A model generated the notes under the pieces. The model saw only the letters and a list, made by a program, of their open reading frames with translations. It was not told the origin of the DNA and did not search any database. A stretch of 64,000 bases of DNA from the human T2T-CHM13v2.0 reference genome, Homo sapiens, in the NCBI RefSeq assembly GCF_009914755.1, contig NC_060937.1. The stretch is one strand, 5' to 3'. Each line of letters begins with the position of its first letter. Position 1 is the stretch's first letter. Below are positions 44,734 to 60,209 of this stretch, piece after piece. A program made the position numbers and the translations under genes.

Positions 44734-45224
44734 CAAATCATTTCTTTAAGTGTTAATATGAGGTTATTTCCTGGGTTTAGATATTACGACTCACCAGAAT
44801 AGGTTTTAATTGGAAAGCAATTGAAAATACTTCCCCTCATGCTGAAGTTTATTCCTAATATGTTTTTAGTAAGATGTTAATACTTTAGTTATTACACAGG
44901 TAAGTAAAAAAATGAAAAGAAAAATAGCATTAGATGCACACCTATCATAAGTCTAGAACTGAGCTGGTTCATTTGGGTAAATTATCTAGTTTAAGTAAGG
45001 AAACTAAAACGGATGGCTTGCAGAATTGAGCAGTTGAGCAATTGAAGCCTTCTAGATGTGCCTCTTTGGGTCCTTCCCTTAGTAGACCCTTAATAAAGGA
45101 CTTGAAAGCCATCTATCGAGGTCCAGCTAGTCAGCCACTGCACCAACGCTGTCACCCAAAGTCCCTTGAGCAAATCAACTTGAATGATTCCCATGGCAGG
45201 AAGCTCACAGCTTACCTCATCTGA

Positions 45225-46127
<903 letters not shown>

Positions 46128-46228
46128 TTATATTCCTATACAAAAGTTGAAAGGGTAGCAGCACAGTGGATACGCTTCACCTAGCTTAGCCACTCTTTCT
46201 ATTAACATTTGCCTTCTCTCCTTCTCTC

Positions 46229-46229
<1 letters not shown>

Positions 46230-46269
<40 letters not shown>
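46230..46269. repeat. (CA)n microsatellite, about 20 units
   Basis: Uninterrupted AC run. Confidence 0.97.
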
Positions 46270-46271
<2 letters not shown>

Positions 46272-46554
46272 TTTTTAGGTAGACCATTAAAACTAAGTTG
46301 TATTCATTCTGACACTCCACTCTTAAATACTTCAGCATGCATCTCCTATGAATAAAGAACTTCTCCAATATAATTACAGCACTATTACCACACACACCCA
46401 AGAAATTAATATTAATTGAATAATACCATCTAATATGCAGCCTTTATTTAAACTTCTGCAATTGTCCTGGACAGAATTTATTTTCTTGTTTCTTTCTTCC
46501 CCAGGATATAAGATCTTTTCAAGATTTATGCATCATATTTGATTGGTTTGTCTC

Positions 46555-47440
46555 CATCTTATTTTTCAAGCAATTATTTAGAGGAATTTTAGATTCAAGC
46601 CAAATTGAGAGGAAGATAGACTTGCCATATATCCCCTGCACACACACATGTGTAGCAGTCTCCCTTACTATCAACCTTCCCACCAGAGTGATACATTTGC
46701 TATAACTGATGAACCTACATTGGCACATCATTATCACCCAAAGTCCACAGTTTATATTAGGATTCACTCTTGGTGTTATACATTCTATATGATGGATAAA
46801 GGTATAATGACATGTACCACTGTTGTATCACAGAGAGTATTTTCACTGCCCTAAAAATCCTCTGTATTCTGTTTATTTATTCCTCCCCCACAACTCCTGG
46901 CAACAATGATTTTTTACTGTCTCCATACTTTTTCCTTTTCCAGAATGTCATTGTTGGAATCACATAGTATGTAGCCTTTTCAGATTAGTTCTTTTCACTT
47001 GGTAATGCGCATTTAAGTTTCTCCTACATCTTTTCATGGCTCAACAGCTCATTTCTTTTTAGCATGGAATAATATTCCATTGTCTGGATGTACCACAATT
47101 TGTTCACTTACCTATTAGAGGACATCTTGTTGCTTCCAAGTTTTGGCATTTATGAATAAAGCTGCTATAAACATCTGTCTACAAGTTTTTGTGTGAACAT
47201 AACTTCTCAATTTCTTTGGGTAAATACCAAAGAGTGTGATAGCTGGATCTTATAGTGAGAGTATGTTTAGGCTGGCGAAAAAAAACAAAACAAAAAACCC
47301 CATCAAACTGTCTTCCAAAGTGGCTGTACCATTTTGCATTACCATCAGCAAAGAATGAGAGTTCCTGTTGCTCTACATCCTCACCAGCATTTGGTGTTGT
47401 CAGTGTTCTGGATTTTGGCCCTTCTAATAGGTGTATAGTG
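46555..47440 (-). mobile_element. L1MC-type 3' fragment
   Basis: gatgaacctacattggcacatcattatcacccaaagtcc...ttccaagttttggc...ttccaaagtggctgtaccattttgcatt. Confidence 0.88.
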
Positions 47441-47657
47441 ATTTCTGCGTCCTATTTTCAGCATCACTGATTCCCAATAAATTTCTCCCAACATTGAGCC
47501 AACATAACCTCCCTGTAAATTTCACTTCTTGGCATTCTCCAGTGGTTCTCAATATATTCCTAACACACATCTGCAAGTACGAGTGACAAGATTAAACAAA
47601 CAGAGTTTAATATCTAGCTCATTCCAGACTTACAAATGGTTCTAAAAATGTCTTAGA

Positions 47658-48085
47658 GCAAAGGTCTCAAACTAAATGCCTGCAGGTTCCTTCCAGACAA
47701 CAGATACATATTGCTTGTCCCATCCGGTGGGTGTGCACACATGTGTACATATGTATATACTCAGTGTGAATTTGTTGCCAGAACTTAAAAATTAGGATTT
47801 TTTTTTAAAGATCTGGATTTCTGGTTCTTCCTTAAAAATGAAATCAGAAGAACTGGCAACACTGGCGCATATTCCCAAAAAACAACAGTTGGTTGGAATT
47901 GAGTAGCAGCTGTTGCCTTCAGATGGGCCTGGACCCCCATATTCATAGTCCACCAGCTGGATAAAGTCTCCTAGTGTTGGCTGCCATTTTTCCTTGTGAT
48001 GTTACTGTCACTTTTCTTATTCCTGGATTCTCTCTCACCTTCATGTTTCCCACCTGGTCTCAGTAGGCATTTGTGTAACCCATGC
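47658..48085. mobile_element. MER102-like hAT MITE
   Basis: ggtctcaaactaaatgcctgcagg...atctggatttctgg...ctggcaacactgg...gtagcagctg. Confidence 0.6.
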
Positions 48086-48131
48086 CAAGTGCTTCTTTAC
48101 ATTCAAGCACCTACATATCATTGTTCATTCT

Positions 48132-48446
48132 TTTTTGTTTTGTTTTGTTTTGTTTTTGAAATGGGGTCTTGCTCTGTCACCAAGGCTGGAGTTCAGTGCC
48201 TTGATAATGGCTTACTCTAGGCTTGAACTCCTGGGCTCAAGTGATCCTCCTGCTTCAGATTGAGCAGCTGGGAATACAGGCAGATGCCACCATGCCTGGC
48301 TAGTTTGTTGTTGTTGTTGTTGTTGTTGTAGAGTAGGGTTCTTGTTTTGTTGCCCAGGCTGGTCTCAAACTCCTGGCTTCAAGCCATCCTCCCGCCTCTG
48401 TGTCCCAAATTGTTGGTACTTCAGGCATGAGCCACAGTGCCCGGCA
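48132..48446 (-). mobile_element. AluJ-type with (TTG)n middle linker
   Basis: Diverged reverse-strand Alu. Confidence 0.92.
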
Positions 48447-48752
48447 TCCACCTTAATCTTGAACTAATCTTACAAAATATATAGGAATATTATTATCCTC
48501 ATTTTTCAGATGAGGAGACTAAGATTAGTATGTAGTTTCCCTGTAGTAAAACAACAATTTGATAAGCTATAGGATTCTAGGAATGACAAAATGTGTAAAA
48601 CCTGTGATGTGGAGGAGAGGATTCTTTAAGAGACAGTCAACAGAAGTATAGGGAATCTAACCCTGCTACAGACAAGAGACACCTATTTTAAGCAATGTTA
48701 CATCATTTTCATTAAGGTTGTCGTAGATGGACTTGAATAGAGCCATCAGTTG

Positions 48753-48766
48753 GTTGCCATGGAAAC
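48753..48766. promoter_or_regulatory. RFX X-box motif GTTGCCATGGAAAC
   Basis: 13/14 match to the palindromic consensus GTTGCCATGGCAAC, in apparently unique sequence; occupancy not shown. Confidence 0.6.
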
Positions 48767-50234
48767 CATGAATTAGTGAAGGCAGTCTAGTAGCCTGGGT
48801 CATGTGGATTTAAAAGAAAGGAACTTTTGAAAATACCTAACTAAAGAATTTCTGGAATGAGAAGAAGGATAAATTATTCAAGGTGCTTATGAATTCCGTC
48901 TGGGAAGCACATGCTGATCAGAAATCATGACCAAGGCTGAGGCCACGCGAATGAACCCTCGTGCTTTCCTGTTTTGCTTGAGAGCTCAGACGCCTGCTTG
49001 GAACTGAACCGAACATCTCGCAGTTCTGGCTGTGGGTCTTCGTGGGCTAAGTTATTGCAAAGAGATAAAGGACCTTTGTACTCATCTTAGCTAAACATGA
49101 TCTTGTCACAGGCTCCTCTCCCTGACTTCTTCCCTTTGCTATATGGCACATCTGCTCATGTAAAAATATAAATCAACAAAGATTCACAAAGACCTTCTTG
49201 TCTATTGAAGCGGAACGGAGATCACAGGCTTCACTCCCAAACTCAACTTGGCTTACATGTTCTTGCTCAGATAATTAACTCTCCAATTAAACTCAGATCT
49301 GGAAAACAAGGCCACAAAGTCCTCTGAAATGTTGGAGCCAGGAACAAATGGACATGGTTTAACAGTCAGAGAACACCATGTTCCAGGACAGTCAAATATA
49401 GAAGCTTTCAGGGCCAGAAAATTCACCGAATCTCCAGAGTGATTTATTTTACAATTCAGACAAGTTTTAGGATAAAGATTTTAAAACTCATTTATTTTTA
49501 GGTAAACCTCCCTCCTTGCTAAAGAAATACTCCCTAACTGATGACCATAAGAGGAAGTCAAACTCCACAGTACCAATAATGGTGAGTAAAACAGAGAGTG
49601 CATTTCTCCAGCATAGTCCCCAAGATGGGTTCAGTATCAATTGCAAGTAAGCAATTGATATTCTTTATTAAAAATAGTCATTAATCTTCATAGTAATGAC
49701 CAGCACAGAGAGGATCTTTGTTAGAAGTGAGAGCTCACTTGAGAAATCAATGCAGAATAAGACTGAGCCCCAGGGATGTGGAGGAAATACTGGTACCTGT
49801 GCACAATGTCACCAGATGTGGGCTCTTCAGGAATCACATTTCATTGGCTATGCAATTTTAAGAAAGCAACAGATGAAGAAGCGAGATTAAACCCTGGAAA
49901 TAGTGGTGAACAGGATAACACAGCTTCTACACCCATGGAGTCATGAGCCCCCGGGAACAAGCATTTAGCACGTTTTTACAAGCATGTTCAGTGATTTAAG
50001 AGTTTAGAATCTATGGGTGGATCAAGTAAGAGCCGGTGCACTGGTTGAACCTCACTCTCCACAGTGTCCTGGACACGGGGTCACAAGGCCTGACTGTGCA
50101 TGCCTTTCCCAACTCAGCAGTCAGTGACCTCATGTTGGTATCCCAAATTCAGCTCTGGAAAGAATATTCACACCACAAAACTTAGTAAATCTCCTCCTCT
50201 GGAGAGCTTCTTGTTGAACAATACCAGCACGCTA

Positions 50235-50498
<264 letters not shown>

Positions 50499-51099
50499 CT
50501 ATCTTTTTTTACTCTGAATGTTTATAAATGTAAACATGTAAAGAAAATAGGACAACAATATTATGGCATTTCCATAAATCTTCAGTTTTGGTTACCTCTG
50601 GTTTGGGCTACACCTATGTGCAGTGGCAGAATTTTAATTTCATTTCTGAAGATTCCCCTTATTTGCCCACCAGGGTAGTAGAAAACAAAGGATGTAGACA
50701 TCCACAAACCTGAGTTCTAATCCAGTTCTTGGTGAGGAACTGGGTGAGTGTTATGTAAAGATCAGCATCTATCCACTCTGCTTCAGGGTACTCATCCGAC
50801 AAATGGTAATAACGAAACATATGCTACCATCATGTCTACCATCATGAGGATGTTTCAAGAAGCCAAGAGTCATAAATATTTCGATCTGGAAACTGAGTAG
50901 TCAGCTGGCCCCACCCATCACCTTATGGATGAGGACAATGAGGTCCTAAGAGATTGAGTGACTACCCAAGGAACAGCTACGCAGCAAGTAGTAGAGCCAC
51001 AACCTGAACCCGAGGCTTTCACCTGTAGTCTTTCCAGCAAGCCGTGCTATTTACGCATAGAATGAAAGACTGCTATATAAATGAATCAAAGAAGGCTTC

Positions 51100-51587
51100 T
51101 GTGTATTAGTCCCTCAGTTGTGTTTTCCTCCACTGCAACCTGAGACCAATTAGCTCAAAAGCCTGCAGGCACCAAACTCAAACTTTTATACATCCAGTTA
51201 TTTTTAAAAATAGCCCAAACAAGTAGACTATTAGCCATTTAGAGCCCACCTGTTTTGCATACTCCTTGAAACCTCACCCAGCATCTGTTGGCCATTGATA
51301 AAATACAGCATTGCAATGATGAGACCCCAAGCTACTACCGCACTTTGGGGCTCTCTGATCCAGGGACTCGCCTCTGTGCTGCTGAGCAACATCACCAAGA
51401 CACAGAAGCCCCCTCACTGATCCCTCCTCTCCTTCTGGATGTTGGCCCCCTGGAGCCTCTGGCTATCTCATGTTGTGAGGGGCTTCTCTTCTCATGCAAC
51501 CCTCACATCACCCAATAAAGCTTGTGTGTGACTGCCTCTTGTGGTCCCCTCTTTCCTTGATCAGCCCCCAAGTCCCTCAGACCTACA
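51100..51587 (+). mobile_element. ERVL-class solo LTR (LTR47-like; uncertain)
   Basis: TG start; accaaactcaaac...tagcccaaa...ttagccatttagagcc; aataaagctt near 51514; ends acctaca. Confidence 0.55.
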
Positions 51588-51624
51588 GAAGATACAAATG
51601 TGCAGAAGTGATAAACATGGACTA

Positions 51625-51939
<315 letters not shown>

Positions 51940-52218
51940 ACATGGACTATATTCAAGGTCCCAGCATGAGCAGATGTGGGGAGCAAATGCCACAGAGATG
52001 TTTGGTGCCACCACTAAGACTAAGAACCAGGGCAAAACGAACCCCAAATGCTAGTTTCCTGACTCCCTGCAGGTCTTCTTACTACCGTGCGGCAAGAGAA
52101 ACTGATAGGTCTTAGTCTTGGCCATATGTAGATAAGGCCTGGTAACTTGGCCTGATCAAATTTTACACCTCTCTTATGCCATTCCCAGGTGTCAAAGAAG
52201 AGATTAAGAAGACATCCA

Positions 52219-52694
<476 letters not shown>

Positions 52695-53321
52695 CTAGGG
52701 AAGGAATTCCAGCTTTAAACGGAATGCTTTACTCTTTTGGAAAGCTCCAAAATGAAAATTCCGCCCCTCAAAATGTAAATGCATGCACTTTTACAAATAG
52801 TATAATCATGCAAAACTACTCAGCTGCTTCAGATGTTTTTGGCAAGCTGGAGTAAAAGTTGACAGGTAACTAGTTAGAATTATTCTCACTTCCTTTTGCC
52901 ATGGGAGTGGGGAGAGGCCATTTTATGAATTTTTAAATGACAAGTTTGATGAAATCATAGAATAAACTATTTCAAGTATATTTTCCTGGTTTTGGCTACT
53001 AAATAATTGCACCAACATTTAAAAAAAGCTAAGCTGTAAATTCAACTGAATTTCACTTGGCTTGGAATCGCCACATTTTGAGATAATTTAACACATTCAT
53101 CCTTTGTACTAAGAATGATAACTAATAATGGTGGTTGCCACCGGTTGATCAAATCTAAGGTTTTAAATATATTTACACATATCATATTCATGACAAATCC
53201 AACAAGATAGACAGTATCATTATTTTATTCCCATTGTAGAGATGTGGAAACTGAGGATGCTTAAGTAACTTGCTTAAGATCAGGCAGTTTCTCAGTCAAT
53301 TCATTTTGGCTCTAGAACCAC

Positions 53322-53642
53322 CTGCCCAATACAGTAGCCACTAGCCACATACAGCTATGAAGCTCTTGAAATGTGCCTAGTCTGAATTGAGATGTGTGGT
53401 AAGTATATATTTTGATTACTTGTATAAAGAAAAGAATGTAAAATATCTCACTAATAATTTTTAAAATATTGATTCCATGTTAACATACAAAAATAAAAAT
53501 GGGCTGTTAAAATTAATAAATAAAATATGTATGCTATTACAATTAATTTCACCTACTTGTTTTGACTTTTTAAATGTGGCTATTAGGAAAGTTAACACTC
53601 CTGTGCTTGGGCCTCACATTATACCCCTATTGGACCACACCG
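53322..53642 (-). mobile_element. MER33 (hAT-Charlie MITE)
   Basis: ccaatacagtagccactagccacat...ttgaaatgtg...gaattgagatgtg...ctattggac. Confidence 0.85.
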
Positions 53643-55479
53643 TTCTACAGCCCCAACTCTACCATTTTTTACCCTCCAAAGGAAAGAGTTTATACTATTT
53701 ACATTTACAAGAAAGTGTGATCTTCTTTCATTCCAAGATTTATGTATTGTCTGTATGTGGAGAAATTGAGGCATAAAATAGTTAAGATCTAAAGTTAAAT
53801 ATTAATCCTAAAACAAACTTCAAAGCCTGCTGAGAACAAAAGATTGCATCCTCTACTCAGCTTGACTTGTTTGACCTGCTTTCCAACCTGGACTGAAGCC
53901 ATGGAGTTCAAGAAGTTTAGCAACTGTCTGAGGTTTAATGCCTAATCGAAAGCCAAACATAGCCGTTGCTTGTGTTTTTGCTCTTGTTTTATGCCCACTT
54001 ATGCTATGCTCAGAGAGAAAAACACAGCAGGGTTGGGAGGACACCAGCTCGTGTGGCTTTTTTCCAGGGGTCATGTGTTGGGTTATATAGGATTCTCTAA
54101 TTATTTAATGATAATCATTGGGTTTCCATTATCAAGGAAAATATATAAAACACATGCTGATGGGCAGATTCATTGAATGGCATAAGGACCCCTCAAGAAA
54201 GCTCAAGCTATTTATGAACCCTACTCATGACTCGGATACTGCATTAGTTCAGAGTGGAGGCTGGATTTTCACTTATTCCTCTGAAAGTCCCTAAGCAGAA
54301 AATATTTCCTGAAATATGAGCAACTCCTCAGGTGCCATCTAATAGAACAGGACTTGGCAATTAAAACCAAAGACATTCTTGTATTTTCTGCTGAGCTCCT
54401 GGTCCACCCCAGCCCCATCCAACTCTGAATATTTGACATCTGTGCTTATTTACTTAGTTCCCTGGAGTACCGGCAGCTTTTCTCTGTCACTGTGTTCACC
54501 TGTGAGAGGTCTATTTAAAGCGCCTTCATAATGTTCTGAACATTTACATTTGAGCCAAGCCCTCAGCTCGACCTTTCAACATTCTCCCTCTCTTATTTTT
54601 TCTCAACACCTCTCTCCCACTGCAGTCCTCTCCTTTTTTCTCCCTTGCAAACCTGTGAAGGGAGAGGCTGTGACACTGAAAACCTTCCTGGGGAGGTGGT
54701 AGGACTGGCCCTCCGCCCTGCAGCCCCTCCTTAATGAGGATTAAGTGTTCCTCCCTCACGTCCCAACACTGGGCAGCTGTCCCCAAGCCATTTAGGACCA
54801 GCCAATGACATGCCAGAGAGCTACACTGGAGAGAACAGAAGCCGCGTGCCTTTTTATTCATAGGACAGTGTGTGCTCATATAACCTTTCTCTGTATATAG
54901 ACAGACCCAGCTATTAGCTTTCACAGTTCCTCCTTGTTTAACCTTATCTTTCTTGACTCATTGTATATTTGATGTTCCTAATGGACAGTATTCCATGTGG
55001 CACGGTGGAAGGCTACTGAAAGCCTGGAGGCACACATTCTAACTGCTGTTCTGCTGCTAACTTGCTGTGTGATCTTGGAGATGTCATCAAACTCTCTGGG
55101 CCTGTTTCCTCAATGAAATAGAAAGTTGGATTGAATGATACCTAGAAGTCCTTGCTGTTTTACAATTCTATGATCCATGAACTTCTCAGATCCTCTCTAG
55201 TAATTAGTATTCACTTCTCATAATATGTTTTTCCTGTGGCTGACTCCATGGATTTCCTTCTCTTTGGAGATTAGGGGCTGCCCAGTGATAAGCACACTGA
55301 CCAGGTCCCCTCACAAGGTGATTAACATGACTGCATCCCAGGCTCCAGGACAAGGCCCAGGCGATATGCAGCTGCACACGAGTTAAATAGAAACATTTTT
55401 AAAAACACTTCAAGGGGAGGAAATTGATTTACTGAAGAGTAGTTTGTAGGAAACAGAATGTGGATAAGGCCCACATTAA

Positions 55480-55815
<336 letters not shown>

Positions 55816-56348
55816 AGAATCTCATGAAGTTTTTATGGTTTGCTTTGTTTCTTTGTTTTCTAGAGTCTTGGCTGAAAAGAGGAAGCCCACCTTCTACCCC
55901 ACGGGGTACTTCCAGAAGTACTGTGCGATCATCACAGCATGTCTCCCTGCTTCTGGTTCTCCCCACTCCGTCCCATTTTGCACACTGAGGCCAGATAAAC
56001 ATCACTAAAGCTGCTCCTATCACTGTGCCCCCTGCCTAAGAGCCTCCCAGCCCCTCTGGGCCACCTGGACTAAGCACAGCCCGCTTGGCCTGGCTGGTCA
56101 AGGCTCCCATGTTAAGCCCTCCATTGTCCTGACCAGCCCTTCTCACAGCTGCTCCCTGAACACAATGCCCAGGGCTCTCCCGCACACCCAACCCACTTGG
56201 CATTACCCTACACAATGTCATTGTGCAGTCTCCTCTCTCAGGAGGGCCCTCTACCCTTTCCAGCTGCTCAGTCCAATCGGTTCTGTAACATTCATGTCAA
56301 AACATTAACTTCATGATACACTTTCTCTTTCCTTCAAAACCCCTAAAC

Positions 56349-57184
56349 CAGTGCTGTTCAATAAAAAATAGATGCAAGTCACAAATGGAACTTAAAATTC
56401 TCCAGTTGTCCTATTAAAAAAAGGAGGAAAGTGATGAAATCAGTTTCTGTAATATTATTCTATTTCACCCAAAATAGTTAAAATTCTTTTATCTTGACAT
56501 GTAACAAACATAAAAACTAACAATGCTTTATTTTACATTCTTTTTTTTTTTTGTACCTAATTTTCAAAATTCATTTGTGTTTTCAACTTATAGCACATCT
56601 CACTTAGAATGCTAAATTGTTTTTTGGTTTGGGGGATTTTTTCAAGACAGAGTCTCCCTCTGTCACCCACACTGGAGTGCAGTGGTGTGATCATAGCTCA
56701 CTGTAACCTTGAACTCCTGGGCTCAAGCAATCCTCCTCCTTCAACCTCCCGACTACCTGAGACTACAGGTGCATGCCACCACACCTGGCTAATTTTTTAT
56801 TTTTTGTAGAATCGGGGTCTCCCTATGTTGGCCAGGCGGGTCTCAAACTCCTGGACTCAAGAGAAGTTCCTGCCTGAGCTTCCCAGTCTTGGGATTGCAG
56901 GTGTGAGCCACTGCACCCGGCAGGATGCTAAGTTTTTATAGGAAGTACTTGATGTGTATGTCAATCTCATAAAATTTACAATTAAAAAAGTAGTTTCGAG
57001 TGCCCAAGTTTGTTCCAAATATACTAAAAAGTCTGCCAATCACTGAGTCAAGTATTCATTTCTAAATTCAAACCTAAATGAATTAAAATAAGATAATATT
57101 AAAATTCCAGCTCCTTAGTTCTCTAGCCATATTTCCAGTGTTCTGTAGCCACATGTGGCCAGGGGGACAGTATTGGACAGCATA
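56349..57184 (+). mobile_element. Charlie5/MER33-type hAT element split by an Alu
   Basis: cagtgctgttcaata start; gcacatctca...atgctaa; ends tagccacatgtggcc...tattggacagcatag. Confidence 0.75.
56618..56921 (-). mobile_element. AluJ-type
   Basis: Diverged reverse-strand Alu; TSD-like atgctaa. Confidence 0.93.
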
Positions 57185-59184
57185 GCCACGAGCCTGTATG
57201 CCTCGGAGAGGTGTCTATCACATTTGGTCTTGTTCAAGGTTTCGTTTTTGTGTAACCTCAGCTAGATCACCTAACTCCCAGAAGGCAGAACTGTCTCATC
57301 CTGTCTCACCCCTCTATCCCCACTGTCCCGCCAGCCCCAAGCCTGACACACACCAGGCTCTGAGTCAATACTTTATGAATAATAGGAAGAATTAGCAGAT
57401 GAGTAAATGATCTCATTCTTCCTATCAGGTTATTAATTATTTGAGCACATATTTTATTCTTCTCAGCAGTTTCTATTGTGCTAACACAGGGCCATGCCCA
57501 TAATAGACAGTCAACAAGCATTTCTTCCTCGCTTAGATGAATTTAGGATGCAATGGCCATGTAGGTTTCACTCTTCACATTATTTTGTACTCAAGCACAC
57601 AAGAAGCACCTGTGTCTCATACATCAAAAAGAGCTTTTAAGGCTTCACTTTTTAAAATTCATTTTAGTGTTAAAATCAATGGATTTAACCACCAGATGTG
57701 TTAGGATCATACTGTAAAGTTAGCATAGAAATACCTTCCTTCTTGAGCAGTGATCTCAGCGGGAAGTTCTGACAGATTCTCTCTTTCCCTCCTTCCTTCC
57801 CTCCTACATTCATTATTCACCAAATCAAACACTTGACTTCTGAAGACATACAGGCACTATAAAAACTTTAAACAAGGTGGAAAAAAAAAGAGACTAAGAA
57901 GGAAAAGAAACTAAGACTAAGAAGGAAAAGAGGACAATGGTACCACGTGCAAAGCCCCCTACTACCAAACCCTCCCAGGGCAGCCGGTCCACGCAAGAGG
58001 GTGGGGCCGGGTGGGCGCAGCAGGGGTTACACCAATTTCCAGGGCATCGGGTGCCTCATCTGAAGGTCAGTTTCTTGAGACAGAAATCTTGTGTCTATGG
58101 CAGAAGTATTCCTATAAGAGAATACGCTTCAATCTCATCAAATGTTTTCATAAAGACGTGGAATCAGTCCCATTTCTTCATGGAAAAATTCATAGTCAAG
58201 CCAGGTGAGGGCAAAGAAGCTGAGAGTGGTACAAATGCAGAGTCCTTGACCTTCAACGCTGAACATGAGCGTAGGGGCTCTAGGGACGTCTATTCTGAAA
58301 ATTCCTAAGGACAAGTGGGTTAGGAGCTTAAAGAATTTATGATCCCTCCCATACCACAACCTTCCACTGACTGACTGCACCCCAAGAGAAGGATATCAGC
58401 CTTCATTCTTCCGCTCTCTTTTTTCTCTCTCACTCCAACAAAATGAAACTAATGATTGTTGTCGTTGTTGTTGTTGTTCAACCCTTCAAGGCCCCAATAT
58501 GCTGCTGATGAATGGATTTGCCTTGAACTGAGCTACTCCTTGCCATTTATCCTAATTAAGTCCTTGTGACAGAGTGGGGATGCCAATTAAAATCTTCCTA
58601 CCACACATTCCATTTGTCTCTGCACTAGTCCAGTGGCTTCTCACCATGGCTCTATTTATCCAACAGTACCTGACATCTGAGTAAGAGACAGCAGAGTCTG
58701 CTGCAGGGCAGTCGCGCAGCACAGCACAGATAATCGCTTGACCGGGATTCCTAGTGATTTCAATGTGGTTGGGGGCAGGGGCTGCCTTCTTTGTTTCTTG
58801 CCTTTTTGTTATTTCTAAATATATTGAAGGCTGTTTTCAAAAAACTTGTTTTGAACAAAATTGAAATTATAAGACTATCCAAGGCAGCACTTATAAATGG
58901 AACCTCACTTTTAAGCCTAAAATGTTCCACCCGAGTTGGAATTTCCTGCCAAGTTTCCTCCCTTGAATATTTTTCCTTATAGTTGCATGATTTCCAATTG
59001 ATTTTATATTTAGTAGTGGTTCCCAGAAGCCCTAAGACAATAGCCATTTCAAAAAAAAGTTACATAACTAAATGAATCCTCACCTTAAGGGAATTATGGC
59101 AGTGAAACAAATGTGATTCAGAAGCTAATCTTTATCATCAGATGAAGGATAGACTAAAACTATCCTTAAGGCAAGATTCAGTGA

Positions 59185-59740
59185 CTGGATTACTGAGGAC
59201 CCTTTAGAGTAGAAGTGACAGAAAACCAACTCAAACTACTCAAGCAAAGTAGTCTCTATTGCCTTATATATCTAGCATATTTATGAATGAATCTGGACTT
59301 CAGGCAGGGCTGGATCTAGGTGCTAAAACAAAGTTGTCAGGATTCTCAACATTCATGTACTCCATTTCTCAGCTTGCTTTCCTCTGAAATTGTTAAATTT
59401 TTATTCACTCCTGTTTCAGCAGGCTTTCTTTAACATCTAGGGGGAAATGGCTATTGGTTATTCCAGACCATATGCTCCTGGCTTGGAAGTCCTATTGGGA
59501 AGAGAAGATCTCTTTCCTAGTATGTAAATCAACCAATCCTTAGAAGGATCCTCGTTGGCACTGATTTTGTCACATGCCTTCCTCTGCAGTCGTCACTTTT
59601 TCATGGGAATAGGGATCCAGAATGGGTCATATATGCACAGGTGATTGGAGGGAATGGATCGTGAATGCAAACGTGATGGCAGGGCAGGGAGTTTTTTATC
59701 AGAAGGACAGTGGGGGATAAATACTACAGTGGCTACACCA
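59185..59740 (-). mobile_element. Old MaLR LTR (MLT1J/K/L-like)
   Basis: aagtgacagaaaaccaactcaaact...gacttcaggcagggctggatctagg. Confidence 0.55.
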
Positions 59741-59879
59741 AGGAATGGCTGGGAGGAGTAGCAACTACTTCCCTAAATTTTCATTTTAAATGTATTTATT
59801 AAACATCTACTCAGCTATGTAATGAACAAACCAAACACATTAAAATGCCTGCTCCCTCGCAGTTTATAATCCATTACAA

Positions 59880-60165
59880 TAATCTTTATCAAAATTTAAA
59901 AGCCATAACAACTAAATGCAAAGTATGACCTTTAATGGGATCCTATATTAAAAAAAAAAACTATAAAGGACATTCTAGAGATGGTTGGGGAAATTTGAAG
60001 GTAGACTGTGTATTCAATTACATTGTTATAAAATTTTTGGAGTCTATTTACATTGTTTTATAGTTGTAGGAGAATATCATTTCTCTTAAGAGATGCATGC
60101 CAAAAGATCTAAGGCTAAACAATGATGATGATGCCTGCAACTAATTCTCAAGTGGTTCAGCAAAA
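59880..60165 (+). mobile_element. L1ME-type 3' fragment
   Basis: caactaaatgcaa...ctataaaggacatt...ggggaaatttgaa...gtaggagaatatc...tgcaactaattctcaa. Confidence 0.7.
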
Positions 60166-60172
60166 TCAAAGC

Positions 60173-60209
60173 GTGTGTGTGTGTGTGTGTGTGTGCGTGT
60201 GTGTGTGTG
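60173..60209. repeat. (GT)n microsatellite with one GC interruption
   Basis: Read directly from the sequence. Confidence 0.95.

Noticed and set aside
57891-57930. Repeated agactaagaaggaaaag
   Set aside because: Simple slippage duplication in purine-rich sequence
57937-58308. 123-aa ORF as a coding exon
   Set aside because: No recognisable protein family; only the nearby regulatory motifs were kept
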